This document shows positions 28,480 through 41,174 of a stretch of 64,000 nucleotides of DNA, piece by piece. The DNA comes from Lama glama (Eukaryota), in NCBI GenBank assembly GCA_028534125.1, contig CM052816.1, positions 18,478,001-18,542,000 of the forward strand. Reading direction: 5' to 3'. Below the pieces are notes generated by a model. That model worked only from the letters and a program-made list of their open reading frames with translations, made no database searches and had not been told where the DNA came from. The position numbers and the translations under genes were made by a program. Position 1 is the first letter of the stretch. The number at the start of each line of letters is the position of its first letter.

Positions 28480-29700
28480 ACTTCAGAGATTTTACAAATG
28501 CCATTTTCTGCCTGGGCCACTCTCTTCAAGTTCCAACCACTAATTTCTAGGTCTCTTATTACTGAGGCTTCGGCTTTACCTATCATCCCAGAGATCTTAC
28601 CTGGTCACCCCATAACTCTATATAAAATAGGTTTTTCCCAACCTCTAATCCAACATTATATTCATTTCCTTCACTGTACTACCAATTTGTAATTCTTTGT
28701 CGGTTTATTTGATTTTTGTCTCTCCCACTAGAAGTGTAATCTTTGAAAAATAGTACTAAGCATATTCCGAGAAATTACTAAATTCATTCAGGTTATTCAT
28801 TCAAAAGTCTATTTATTGAGGTAGTGTTCTAGGAGCTGGGAATACAGAAGTGAATAAAAGGGACCAAAATCTCTGTCCTCATGTAGCTTACATTTCAGAG
28901 GAAGGGGACAGACAAAATACAAAATAAGTGATGAGTATAGTTTGTTAGGTGAAAAATGCTATGGAGAAAAGCAAAGCAGAGGAAGTTGGATTGGGAGTGC
29001 TATAGGAGACGTGTAATTTTAAATTGGGTTGTTGGGCTGAGACCCACTGAGAAGGCACCGAGTCAGTACTTCAAGGAAATAAAGAGTCAACCAGACAGAT
29101 AACTAGCAGGAAACTATCACAGACAAAGGCAACAGGAAATGTGAATGTCCCAAGGTGGGAGCATGCCTGGAGTACTCAAGGAACTGCAAGACCATGAAGC
29201 CTGAGAATAAGTGAAGAAGGGGAAAACAGGTAAGAGCTCCAGATTGGGTATGCTAGGTATGATAAGGGCTTTGGCTTTTCACTATAAGTGAAACGCAGAC
29301 ATCTGAGAGCTCTCAGTGGAGATATGTCATTTTCTGATTTATATTATTAAAGAATTTCTCTGGTTGGTTTGTTGAGGATAAACAGGGAGGAGGGGTAGGG
29401 TGCACAGCAAAGGTAAAAGCAGGGAGACCAGTCCAAAGTTGCAGTAATTTAGGTAAGAGATGAAGACGGCGTCAACGAGGGTGACAGCAGTGGAATGGTA
29501 AGAAGAAGACAATTTCACGTTTCAGGAGACAATAAATTTCCTGATGGAAGAGACATGGGGAATGTGAGAACAGAGGAGGCAATAATGATTCCAAGATGTC
29601 AGCCTGGGCTATCAAAAGAAAAGAATGGGACTTGTCATCAACTGATTTGGGGAAGGTTGACAGGGAAGCTAAAGGAAGGTCAGGAGTTACATATATTTAA
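28480..29700. mobile_element. L2 fragments (plus ~28480-28740, minus ~28780-29700)
   Basis: tgtctctcccactagaagtgtaa; attcattcaaaagtctatttattgag...gtgaataaaagggaccaaaatctctgtcctcatgtagcttacattt. Confidence 0.7.
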
Positions 29701-32700
29701 TGTATGAATAAAATATTGTTAAACTTCACCAGGCTTCCATTCAAATGAACTTATATTAATATCAACAAACCAAAAGTCCTGTTCTTACTTCAAGCTACAT
29801 GAGTAGGGCCCCCTGACCAATTCCCATGAACACATACACAGGCCTCCCTCAAGAGTCTTCCCTAATCAGAGAGACAGACACATAGACAACACACTGCTCA
29901 TGCCCAGACTTCAGAGGTGAGGTAAATTCATAGAAATAGCTCCTTCACTTTCTTTTCCAACATCTCTAATGGGGAGACAATAAATTCAATATCTCTAATT
30001 GCTCCAACATCTCTAATTGCTTCAATACAAAAGGCAAGCAAACCAATCCAAAAATTTCATCCAACACTATCAGCCAAAATGAAATCTAAGCACATCAACC
30101 CACACAAATAAATGTGCATACAAGTCACAACCCACCACCACCTCAGCCAATCCTATAAAAAAGAATTACAAAAGATGGGGGTTTTAAAGAAACAAATTTC
30201 TCATAACCATCCCACAAAATTCAGGTTCATTAGGTTTGAGAATAGGGCCCCACCTCCCATATTTTTAACAAAGGTCTCAGGTCCTACAGCAGATTTAAGA
30301 ACCAAGCCCCTTAGGACCATCTGCAATGGGAGAAAGTAATTTCTTGTGGTGGGTGGAAGTAAAGCTTTAAAAATAGCTTACCCTTATGTTTCTAACATTA
30401 ATAGTCACCAAGTATCAGCAAGAGCAGACACTCATCACTCAGACACTGTCAAATCAATCCCAGATCCAAGTATACAATTACTACCGAACGTGTAAGCCAC
30501 ATCCATGATTGCAAGCAGAAAAGAGAAAGAAACCAAGAGCAAATCTGCCCAAAAGCTCTCCTAGATTCAGAAATCCTATTCTTTATGGAAACGTCTACAA
30601 AAAAAGAGGAAATCCAATCACATGAGTACCAAAATCATTTTCCTAGAGAAACACTAAAATCACCACTTTCCCCAATTGTGTCTCCCTATTTCCAAAGACA
30701 TCCAAAGTTCTCAAAGTGGATTTGAAAGCCATGAGTTCAAGAGCTGAACTCATGATCCCTGACACTTCTTACAAGTATAATACTCTTGCCTAGTCTCTTT
30801 GTGCCCACACAAGTCTCTACTTTTTTATCTCCCACATCCAGACTTTTGTTTCCTAGTTTTTAATCACTCTTTAAACCTCACCTGCTCTTCTAAGTCCTCT
30901 AATCAAGCAGAGCCTGATCTAGATGTAGCACTCACCCCCACAGAGCCAGCAAGATTTCCGACATTGCTACCAGATGTGTCTGAGTATGCTTGTATAGGCT
31001 TGTAGGCACAGGAATAGACACAGAGCCGGTCAATCTTTACAGCGCTTTCCTATAAATTACAAAATCGTCAGGGGCAGATACGAAATCACTATGTTACAAA
31101 ATATGTCTATGGAGCACACTTGTGTACACAATATATAGTCCAATGCTTTAAGAAGATGTTCTCCAGATACCTCATGTGTACCCCAGAGGTCAAGTCACCT
31201 ACTTAGAAGAAAAGGGAATATATATGGCTTTGGGTACGTTTTTGCTCTAGTCATCATTCATTTAATTTACACTTTCAACTCCAAAGAGTGAAAATGGCCA
31301 GAGAGTTAAGTAGACACTCAGTGGGCAGAAAGATGTGAATAAACGGAAAGAAAACAAAAGACTAGCTTTGAAATATTTCTGCAGTCTCCCTCTTTTCTTG
31401 GGAACACACAAACCAGAATAACTAGATCTCAAGTTATACAGCCTACCAGATAGGATGGTAGGCAGATCCTAACACATCATGAAAACAAAAGTGAACAAAA
31501 CAAAACTTGCCTGGAAAGTACCAGCCATGTTCTTAGATCACAGTTAAATCTGAAAAGTTTAAGACTGTTCATAGGCCTCCAGCTGCTATTCTCAGAGAAA
31601 GGTGGGAAGGTGACGTTAGTTTTTTTTCTTACTATTATTCTCAGTAATAACAAAACAATATATACAGAAACCAAAACGAAAAATCCAGTTAAAATTTCAC
31701 AACAAATGACGCCATTTTCAGAATTCCAGAGTATAGCAGTCTGTAAGCTATATATATGTTACAGAGACTGATATACCAAATTATTCAAGAGCAAACCTTG
31801 TTTACAAAAGGTACTTTAACAACTAGCTTTTAAGAGTGAATTACAATTATAGTATTGCACACACAGCATTGCCTAATAAAGATTTCTTTCTTCTAAAATA
31901 TTATCACAACCAAGCTAGGTATACAGTAAAAGCTGGAAGAAAAGTTGCTGAAACCATCTCTCCACTAGAATGGGGCCAAAAATGTCCCCATCTAGCTGCC
32001 CAAGGCAAAGAAAATATCAAAGCTACAGAGTCCAAACTTGCTGATTATTTATGAAAAACCTAATAACTCTGTAATTATCCCATCAGTTCAAAGTTGTGAA
32101 CAACAAAAGCTGTTAGAGTATATAAGTGACCTTGAGATTGAAAAACTAGCTGGTTCTAACAATAATCAAGCTTTTAACATTTCTTCAAAAAAAAATTTTA
32201 CATCCTAACCTTCCAACTAGTAAACATACTTCTCAGATCCAGAGTTCTAGGTAATGGCAATGAACTGGATAATGCAATACTAAGAATTTCAATTACTATT
32301 ATTCTATTAACTTTGGAAGTGGAAAAACAAGGTGTAAAAAGACACTGATAGGCTTTGTGGGATCATTCATCATCTTCTTTGGTGAAGAAAGCATCCTATG
32401 AATGCTCTGTGCAGCCTTCTTGGGTATCCTCCTAGACAATCTTTTCTCCAGAATATCCAGACTGGTGGAGATAAGAATCATCTGACCTCAGGCTGCTTAT
32501 AAGATTTTCTTTTATAAGACTGTCCCTTATAAAAAGTAATCTTTTCCAATGTCTTTGACCCTATTAGTATACTAGCAATCCCACTGGATATTTGAAGAAA
32601 TAAACTATTTTGGCTTCTTCTTTGTGCTTAGTACAAAGAACAAAAAAAAGAGAGACAAGTGACATAGACCCTTCTAGAAGTAAAGAGAACAGAGAAGACA

Positions 32701-34470
32701 TAAACCAGGGGAATAAAGGCAGCTATATCCTAAAGTGTACTCAAGTCAGCTATGAAATGCACCCAAATGTGTGGCTCACTGCCTAAACCAACATATACAT
32801 CTGGTAAGAATAAATACTGGTAAGTCATAAACAAAAAGGGCTTCCTTAATTCAAATATTCAAAAACTACCAGTAACATTAAAATTTACATAAAACAATCA
32901 AATAATATGTGTGAAATAGATTTTTTTAAGATAGTATTCCAACTTAAGTTACTAAGAAATGAAAAACTGTTTAGTATTTTACTGCCTAGTCTTCAAAACA
33001 CTAAGAAGCCAGTTATCTCTGATTTGACCAAGTTACAAATCTGAGTTCAGAGAAAACATACTGCCTCGGTTTAACGCAAAGGACAAAAAAGATCATCACT
33101 GCAAATCATAATGTTTGGGTTCACGATGAAAACAGGAAACAGACAGGCTGCCCAGGTATAATTATGGTTATAGTCTAATGTGCCTTCAGGTTCAGCCAAG
33201 AATTAAAACCCACTGAAGAGGGTAAGCAGAATTTACTTGCTTCTACCTTGCTACAGAAGGCAACTTTTAATAATACTCCCAGCAACGTGTTACATAACCA
33301 GTAAACAACAATCTGATTCAAACCTCATTAACAACAACATTCTGCCATGGTCTCCCACTGAAATTAATAACTGACTTTGCCAGAGGGGAAAGAAATGCAA
33401 CACATATCAATCTATCCATTTTTGTGGCGCCTACCACAGTGAAGCAGACAAGTAGATAATTCCACCAAGTCTGTACAGAATCTACAAAAATATTTTAGCC
33501 TTTTCCTTTCCAGTTCACCATTCCCCTCTTCCTTTTAACTAGACCATATCATATGGATACATTTAAAATCTAAGAGGAAAGTCAGTTGGGAAGGCTCATC
33601 TAACTTTTATTGCCTACTTCAGCGATCAACTGAAAGAAATGGAAATATAAATGATGAATGGATTTTATTAACAAAAATAAACGGGTAAAGTGTATGCAAA
33701 AAAAGCGGCTATGTGAAAAGGAAGGTCACACTGAGGAAGCAGCAATGCAGGGAAGGAAGAAAGGAGGATGCTACAGAGACAATCATGCAATCAATCATAA
33801 AAATTAAATTTAAAAAATTGAAACATACTATGTACAACCTTTAGCAGATTACATTTTGTTAATGTGTCTCTTATGACTTGTTTTTTATTCTTGTAATCTA
33901 GGATTCACTTTGGAGGAGGAGTTACCAAAGAAGTAGTAAAAAAAAAATGTAAGATAATTTGGTCAGATCTATAAATAACTTACTTACAGAATTTGGAACA
34001 CACTGATTTCATAAAATATTCAGATTAGTAAGTGTGAAACTCCCACACTGTGTCTAGGTATTGTTTTCCCCACAACATTGGTATCTAACAGAAATTTTAA
34101 ACTATTTGTAATGTTACTAATCTCCTGGGACTAAGGTTTTCAAACTTTCAGCTTTCAAATTAAAATTAAAAACTGATTCTCGCTGGGCAATTCCGGTGCT
34201 ATAATTTAAGGAAATTTAACTATTCCAGTCTAAAAAAAAATTATTTGAAAAACAGCAACTTAAGTACCCCCGTCTCTCAACTTCTGTGAGGACAAGCTAC
34301 AACCTCCACCTATCCAGTCTCTGTTGCTAGATAAGAACACTTTTGGTGGTGCTAGGCAACAGGCATGATGTGACAAACCCAACCAGACTTCAAAACTTTT
34401 TCCAAAGAAAGATAAGGTAAACAAGACACACTTAGTACCACACCCATGTAAACGCACTGGCAGCCAGGAA

Positions 34471-34801
34471 TGCTTTTTTTCCCCCTCTCTCTAGACCTCC
34501 AGCTGGTCAGGAAACAATGTCTCTGCAATCAAGATTGAGATCTGGCCTCGGGTGTTCAGGCATTCCTCACCCCTAGGCTGGCCTACAGCTCCACTCTCCA
34601 ATGCCATCCAAACCAGAATTGGAACATTTTGTTAGGAAGCGGGCAACCGTCCAAACACCCGACTATCCTGGCCCCAGCTTTTTTTTTTTTTTCCCCAACC
34701 AAAATCTGTTTTGGCTACTGAGCATGCTCCAACTTAAGACAGGCGCCACATGGGAGTTTTCAAAGCTTAGGCTCCAAACTCCACGTAATAACAGCAGCTG
34801 A
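34471..34801 (+). ncRNA. SMAD5-AS1: Region orthologous to the SMAD5-AS1 (DAMS) antisense locus; putative ORF disrupted
   Basis: Lies in intron 1, antisense to SMAD5. Two frames translate as SSWSGNNVSAIKIEIWPRVFRHSSP and MPSKPELEHFVRKRATVQTP..PNQNL, resembling the human DAMS peptide as I recall it. Transcription cannot be shown from sequence. Confidence 0.5.
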
Positions 34802-35099
34802 AAGGGGAAGAGAGGAAAGAGAGAGGGGGATGGGGAGAGACCGAAATATGAATCTGAGTAATGACATTGACGTGAAGGACCCCGGCAGGGGTTGAATATG
34901 GTGAAGGCAAATATACTGCTTATCGTTGTTCTTACGGCAGAAGTTTACATGGAGCAGACGAAATCTTTACAATGATGAAAACTGGCATGGCAAGTGGCAG
35001 AAATCAGGTCTAACTACCAGCCGAGTGCAGCAGCAGGTCACAACTGCCCAGAGTGTAATTCCCACCGATAAGGGTGGATCCTTATCTTTGAAACACAAA

Positions 35100-35890
35100 G
35101 CGACGGCGGCAAGGATTCATCAAGCCACTGGACGGCTTTGCAGCGTAGCCGACCAGGCTGCTCTGCCGACCGCGGTTATCCTACCAGGAGTGTGTATCGA
35201 CGGTGGCGCTTAGATGAGGGAGAACAAACCGCTCCTCCAGACAGAAGCGGGGCCAGGGATCCCCCTCGAGGGCGTCCCGAACGCCTCCCTCCACAGTCCG
35301 GGCGGTAACAGCGGCGCTGGGACAAGAGCCAGCCTCGGCCCCGCCTCCGGACGCCCCGGCCTCCTTAGCTGGACTGGCCGCACCACTGCCGCCCGCCTGG
35401 ACTCGGGCAGGCCGGGACTCGGCCTACCTCCCACCCCGCAGGCCCGGGTGGTTTCCGGTCCGCCCGCGGCCGCACGCCCCCGCCTCGGCCCGAGTCCGGC
35501 CACTAGGACAGAACCGCGTCCGGGCAGAGCCTGCAGCCCCGAGTCCTGCTCGCCCGCCCGTCCCAAGGCCCCACATTCACTCACGGGCCGGCGGCGCGCG
35601 CTCTCCCGGCGCCGTTGCTGCGCTCCCCTCAGCGCAACTTTATTAGCAGCGCGGCCGCGGGACACACGCACGGCGCCCGCTCGCCCAGGACCCGGATGAA
35701 GGAGGGACGAAGCCGGGGAGGACGCCGCGGGGCCGGCGCATGCGCGCTAGCGACCGAGTGACCGCTGCGGGACCGAGGAAAGGGGCGGCTGAAGGAAGCC
35801 TCCGCGCTTGGCTCGGCGCCCGCGAACTCCCGCTTCCGATCTGCCGGAGGCTTCTCTCGTCCATGGCCAGGACCAGGAGTGGCAGTCGGC
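35100..35890. promoter_or_regulatory. CpG island / SMAD5 promoter
   Basis: Very high GC and CpG density against AT-rich flanks. NRF1-type palindrome GCGCATGCGC at 35736-35745 and ETS-type GCTTCCG near 35832. Confidence 0.9.
35585..35697 (-). other. SMAD5: SMAD5 non-coding exon 1 (TSS approximate)
   Basis: GC-rich ATCCGGGTCCTGGGCGAGCGGGCGCC... resembles the human SMAD5 mRNA 5' end as I recall it. Ends at the consensus donor CCC|gtgagt. Confidence 0.8.
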
Positions 35891-36899
35891 TAGCTCCCAC
35901 CACACTATAGCCACTAGTAGTCTCCAGTAACCAAATCAACCCATATTATAAGAAAGGAATCCTCTACATGGACAGTTGAGGACTTTCTCAGTTTTGTTTA
36001 AAGTGGAAATTAAAACATCTTTAGATACAACTTTGCTACTTTTAACGGCTTGTAATAGAAATATAAATCTGCGTGAAGAGAGCCTTTCTGTGAAAAAAGT
36101 AGCTGCAGAACAAGCTTCTGGACATCTTACAGCTTCTTAGTGGGTGCAGGCCTAAAACCCCTCCCACATGAAAATCTTGCAGCCTCTGCTGTCCCCCAGC
36201 TCCTCTAGCGGTGCCAGACCTTGGAGTTCCTCGAAGTAGGACTGTCCATGTAATGAGACCCCAGTAGTTCAAGATACACCCTCCTGGACTGGTAGGGACA
36301 CTGAGGTGCACAAGGGCCACCCACAGACTGAGATCCCTTCACTCCATCTCTCCGGGCAAGAGCCTATTTCTCTTCTCTTAGTTACTGGGGCTCTTCTCAA
36401 TGTTCCCCCTTCCCTCCTCCCACCCCCATCCCCCAAAGTGTCAGCATTTCCCAGAAAACGATAGTGGTACCATCTGGTGCACCCACTTAGGAGAGCACTA
36501 GTGAAGAAAAACTTTTAAATAATTTTGTTTTTATTTCAAAAGTTCGACACTGGTTTTCCAATATTCCACTACAGATTTACTTTTATAATAAATTAATCCA
36601 ACTAAAAATCAAAATTTGAGTCTTTTCAAATCCTCTCTCTCATTCCCTAATTCAGAACATCACGAAATCTTATTCACTCTACTTTCAAAGAATATCCCAA
36701 ATCTGACCATTTCTCATGGCTTCTATTGCTACCACCATGGCCTGAGTCAGGGTCATCTCACCTGAAACACAAATGGGAAGCAGCCATTTTGTTCCAGGCT
36801 TCAGCACTGTGTTTCCACAGTGAAGACAGGTAATAAATGTGGCAGAAGTCTCTGCACAAAGGATCGTCATCTCAAGTGTGGACAGAGATGGTAGGGAGT

Positions 36900-37207
36900 G
36901 TAGAGAGCCAGGATGGGGAACCAGAGAGGGCCTGCTCCGATCAAAGGGAGCAGCTACTAGTTCACTCCAGGCAACTGTCAACCGTGAGGAAAAGTGAGAA
37001 TAAGGACCTAGTGTTGGCAGATCTGATTTTTCAAATGCAGCTGGGAATCTGGATTTTAATGTAAAAACCTCAATTTTACATGTATAGCAACTTTTTTCAT
37101 TCTTTCTTTTTCTCTTTCTGAGACATTCAGGAGGCCAACCCTGCACATGCCAAGTAAACAATCCATGGTCTGATTTAGCCTGCTGGCCATCAGTTTGCAA
37201 TCTCAGG
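36900..37207 (+). mobile_element. hAT-Charlie (MER102-like) fragment
   Basis: cagatctgatttttcaaatgcagctgggaatctggattttaatgt...ggccatcagtttgcaatctcag. Confidence 0.5.
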
Positions 37208-38100
37208 TCTATGTCTTAAAACCCTTTACTACATCATAAACTTTGTGAAAGTAAAGTCTGTGTACTTTAATTCTTTGTCACACTCACTGATTATTTATTG
37301 TTAATTCAGACGTTTCCAGGCCTTGGAAGGCACATATTTCTGGAGCCTGCATGAGTTTACAGCTCCCAGAAGTGCCCATAACCCTGCCTTGGAGGATGCC
37401 TTTTTTCCAGAACTGATGTTTGCAGCGTGCTCTGTGGAACATTATGAGACATAACAATTTGGTTTAAATATTTTGTACACTACAGCCACTCCTCACTTCA
37501 AACAGCCAGTAAAATCCTGCCCAAAACAAACTGTTTGCTGTCTTGCAGTCACTGTACAAATGTAAAGAACAATTTGTGATTACAGGATTCCTTCTGACAA
37601 TCTCATGTGTAATTTCAAAGCCAACAGTTTTGCTTCCTGAACTATGTGTTCAAATACTGATCAAATCAACCAGAGACTCCAACCTCTCCAGGTTGCTGTG
37701 CAAGCTCAGCTTAGGTCTTAAATTGGAAGAGATGATAACATAGAGGACAGGAAGGGAAACTCCTCCCAAAGGACTAAGACATTACCCAGACCTTAAACGG
37801 TATCAAAAATCAGATCATGAAAGATCTATATAGTCAGAAAGATTCTCAAACAGCAAATGAACAGGCCTGTCAGAGACACGGGAATGTAGTAAGGAAGTCC
37901 CTGGTTTTGGCAATCAAATGGGATTGAAAAACAAATGCAGAACAAGATGATCTGAGCAGGTACGTATATATAATCAGTGGGGCATCAAACAAGACAAACT
38001 GCTTTTTCAGTTTAGCATTCACCTGATCAGAAAGATCAAATAGAAGAAGTTTCAGTACTCTATTTTACTGATCAACAGACCTAATCTGGATAATTTAGGG

Positions 38101-38322
38101 CAGTGCTTCTCAAGTAGGGGTGACCATGTTCCCCAGAGAACATTTGACCATTTTTGAGCAATCCTGGTTGTCACATCTAGGAGGGTGGAGGGTGGTGTGA
38201 GTGATATCTGCTGGGTAGAGGCCAGGGATGCTGCTAAACATTCTACGATACACAGGACAGCCTCCTTGTACCGAGAATTATCCAAACCAAAATATCAATA
38301 GTGCTGAGGTTCAGAAAATCTG
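38101..38322 (+). mobile_element. MER20 (hAT-Charlie MITE), near full length
   Basis: CAGTG...CTG termini, core gggtagaggccagggatgctgctaaacattctac, and a degenerate 8-bp TSD atttaggg/atttaagt. Confidence 0.85.
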
Positions 38323-40014
38323 ATTTAAGTTGATGTTTAGGGAGAAAATGAGCCCTTTCTTTAAAGTTTTCCAATAACTGGATCAATTATTCATTTGTCG
38401 TAAAGAACCAGCTTAAATGTTTCATCTATTACCTATTCCCATGTTGAATTTTGCAGATCCACTAAGGAAGCAATTTATAGGAAATGTGGGACCATATATA
38501 GAACAAGAAGAACTGGGGTAATTAATTCAGTCTTTCCATATTTTTAAATATAGAGTAATTGAGGCAAATTGGTTTTGATTTCAATATATTTAATATATAT
38601 CTCAATTCCACCCTTTGCTGTAGCTCAGAGTATTTTTCCATAACTAATCAGTGCATTCTCCATAGAACTGGAAGATTGTGGTGATGTTAGAAGGAGTCAC
38701 CCAGTGTAAAAGCATTAGTGAATGACATCACAGAGATCTACAAGGGGCCCTGGTAGCCACTTCAGAGACCTCTCCCTTCCTCACACAGTCATGGCAAGTG
38801 GACATCAGAAGAAGAAATGTCTAAGTTTGTGTGACTTCTCTGGACAGTATCCTGGAAACAAGAAAGCTGTGTTTCAGGTTCTGAAAATTCTGTTCCTCAG
38901 TTGACAAACTAGCCCCACCTCCAACTCTTAATATTGGAAACAGTGCAAGAGGCAGAGATAAACAGAGAAAAGTTCTAAGAGTGAAGTCCCAAAGAAATAA
39001 TGTGCAAAGACATACCCCACGATCCCAGAGAGAAAAAAAAATCACCATGCCATAATTTTCAAAAGAAACTTCATGTTAGTTTTTAACAGAATGAGCCAAG
39101 GTTCTGTGCTAACCAGAAAATACACTATAGTGACTTTATCCTATATATGAAAGGACTTTTTTCCAATAAAATTTGAGTGTTCTGGTGTGAAATTGATCCC
39201 TTAATAATCCACAGGCCTTTTATGTTCTTAACACAGAGCTCGAGACTCTTAATGTATTGAAAAAGGGAAAAGGAAAGGAAAGGAATAACATCTAACCCCA
39301 CTGCAAGCACAGGAATCTCGCTGCCAGAGACTCCTTGAAGCTTCAGGGATGCATATCAGAGACTCCATGAGCCCCCTGGAATTAATATGCATGTTTTTGT
39401 ATATAACCTACATACAAATTTTCTGCAGAAAAAGCTTATAGCTTTCATCAGACTCTCAAAAGATTTGCTCGCCTCCAAATGTTTGCAGATGTCTAAAGCA
39501 GTGGTTACTTTACACGGGGTGTAAATTTAATGTGTCCATTTTAAGTGACTGTTTCTTCTTTTTTTCAGAGCAACATAATTGGGAGATTCCTCTCTAGGGA
39601 AAGCTGCTTGATGTAGAGCGTAGGAACCGGGCTTGCCTGTCTCCAGCCATCTGCTACATTAAAGAAAGCCTCCTATGGCTGTAATCCAAAACACAAAATT
39701 AAAAGAGTTGCTTGCACCCAGAGTCATAAAACAAAGAGGCTTTCTAAAGCAAGGTTTGGAGTGAACACTCATTTCTTCCTGACTTAAGCAGCATCTGTTC
39801 CTCCTGCCGGCAAACACCCTCCAAGTTAACTCAGCTGACCTCCCCAGTTCTACATTCTCAGTTTTCATCCTCAGACATGTAGTCTCAGATGAGCCAAACC
39901 ACATGTACACTCTGCCGCAAATCCAGAGCGGCAGGTGAAAATCTGGAAGTGTTATGGAATTGGGGAGAGGGAAAGGAGACAGAAACTTCTCCTTCTCCAG
40001 GATGTCCTTTAACT

Positions 40015-40260
40015 GGATAAAATCTTAGTTGTGAGAACTCTGAAGCTAGACTTCCTGGTTTGAATACAGACTGTCTTGCTTACCATGTATGTGACCTTGC
40101 ACAAATTTCTTAGCCAATCTATGTCTCGGTCTTGTCATCTGTAAAATGCAGATAACAGTAGTATCTACTTAATAGAATTATTATGAGGGTTAAATGAATA
40201 GAGACTTGTTAGGCGCTTAGAACAGTGCCTGGCACATAGTAAATGATTATTTAAGTGTTT
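40015..40260 (+). mobile_element. MIR SINE, near full length
   Basis: tgtgaccttgcacaaatttcttagcc...catctgtaaaatgcagataacagtagtatctac...cttagaacagtgcctggcacatagtaa. Confidence 0.88.
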
Positions 40261-40629
40261 GTTTTAAAAACATGCATCTTCTCCAGCAATCCATAAAATA
40301 TTCTTAGCAAATTCCCTTGTTATGTAAAACATATATTCATTTTACTAGACAGGAGACTCCCTTCTCTTCTTACTTTAATAGGTCATCTCATCCACTCTCA
40401 GGCCCCTGGTACTATCTATGCAGACAATTCCCAAATTTCTATTTCCATCTTGGACTTGGGTAATGAACTCCAGGCCCTTGAACTAGCTTCTTAACATCTC
40501 TGCTGGACTGCAGTAGTTGTGGATTTTGTCTGTCTGTCTGCCCTACTTTCCAATCCCCTTTCTCCTGCTTTCCTTGTGATAACGTTCCTTTTCTATTTAA
40601 CCACAGAACTAGACACCCCACCCAGAGAC

Positions 40630-41055
40630 GGGTACATGACTGAGGAAGTTATCATAGTTCCCCACTAGCCAGGCCACTGTGATTGGTTCATGGATGGGCA
40701 TATGACTCAAGCAAAGTAACGTGTGTCATCTCTTAGACTGATATATGGATGCTGAGAGAGAAAAGTATTCCTTCTTACTGTCATTGCTAAGCTCAGGGTG
40801 ATTCTGAGGCTCCCAGGGGCCATCTTGCCACCATGTAGAGGGAGTTTGCTTGAAAATGAAGCCAAAAGAGAGGCACTGAGCTGAGGTATAGAGGACAGTG
40901 CCCTGACCAAATCTCTTGATCTGTTTGTACCTGAAGATCTAAAGATTCTCCTTAGACTTCCCAATTACATCAGCCTATATATTCAGCTCCAGTTTAAGCT
41001 CGTTACGTGTCTGCCACTTGTAACATCTGCCCTTGGCAGTCTGACTGGATTTAGC
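40630..41055. mobile_element. MLT1 (ERVL-MaLR) solo LTR fragment
   Basis: gtgattggttcatggatgggcatatgactcaagc...ggggccatcttgccaccatg. Confidence 0.7.
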
Positions 41056-41174
41056 AGGTCCAACTGTGAACCCCTGCTGTTTGTCATTCTTCCTGCCTAC
41101 TCTGGTCCTGCTCCAGTCTTCACCATACTGATGAATGGCAGCTCTGGCCACATAGTTGCTCACACCTGACAATC

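Noticed and set aside
29957..30021. Three near-copies of caacatctctaat(tgct); similar short duplications at ~3568-3605, ~45021-45059 and ~49239-49292
   Set aside because: Simple local slippage duplications with no spacer structure; not CRISPR-like.
23723..35584. Additional small 5'UTR exon(s) known from human SMAD5 transcripts
   Set aside because: I could not locate a supportable match or splice-site pair by eye; RNA-seq is needed.
35210..35939. ORFs of 98-161 aa on both strands over the CpG island
   Set aside because: Arg/Pro/Gly/Ala-rich low-complexity translations are expected from stop-codon depletion in GC-rich DNA; no recognisable domain.
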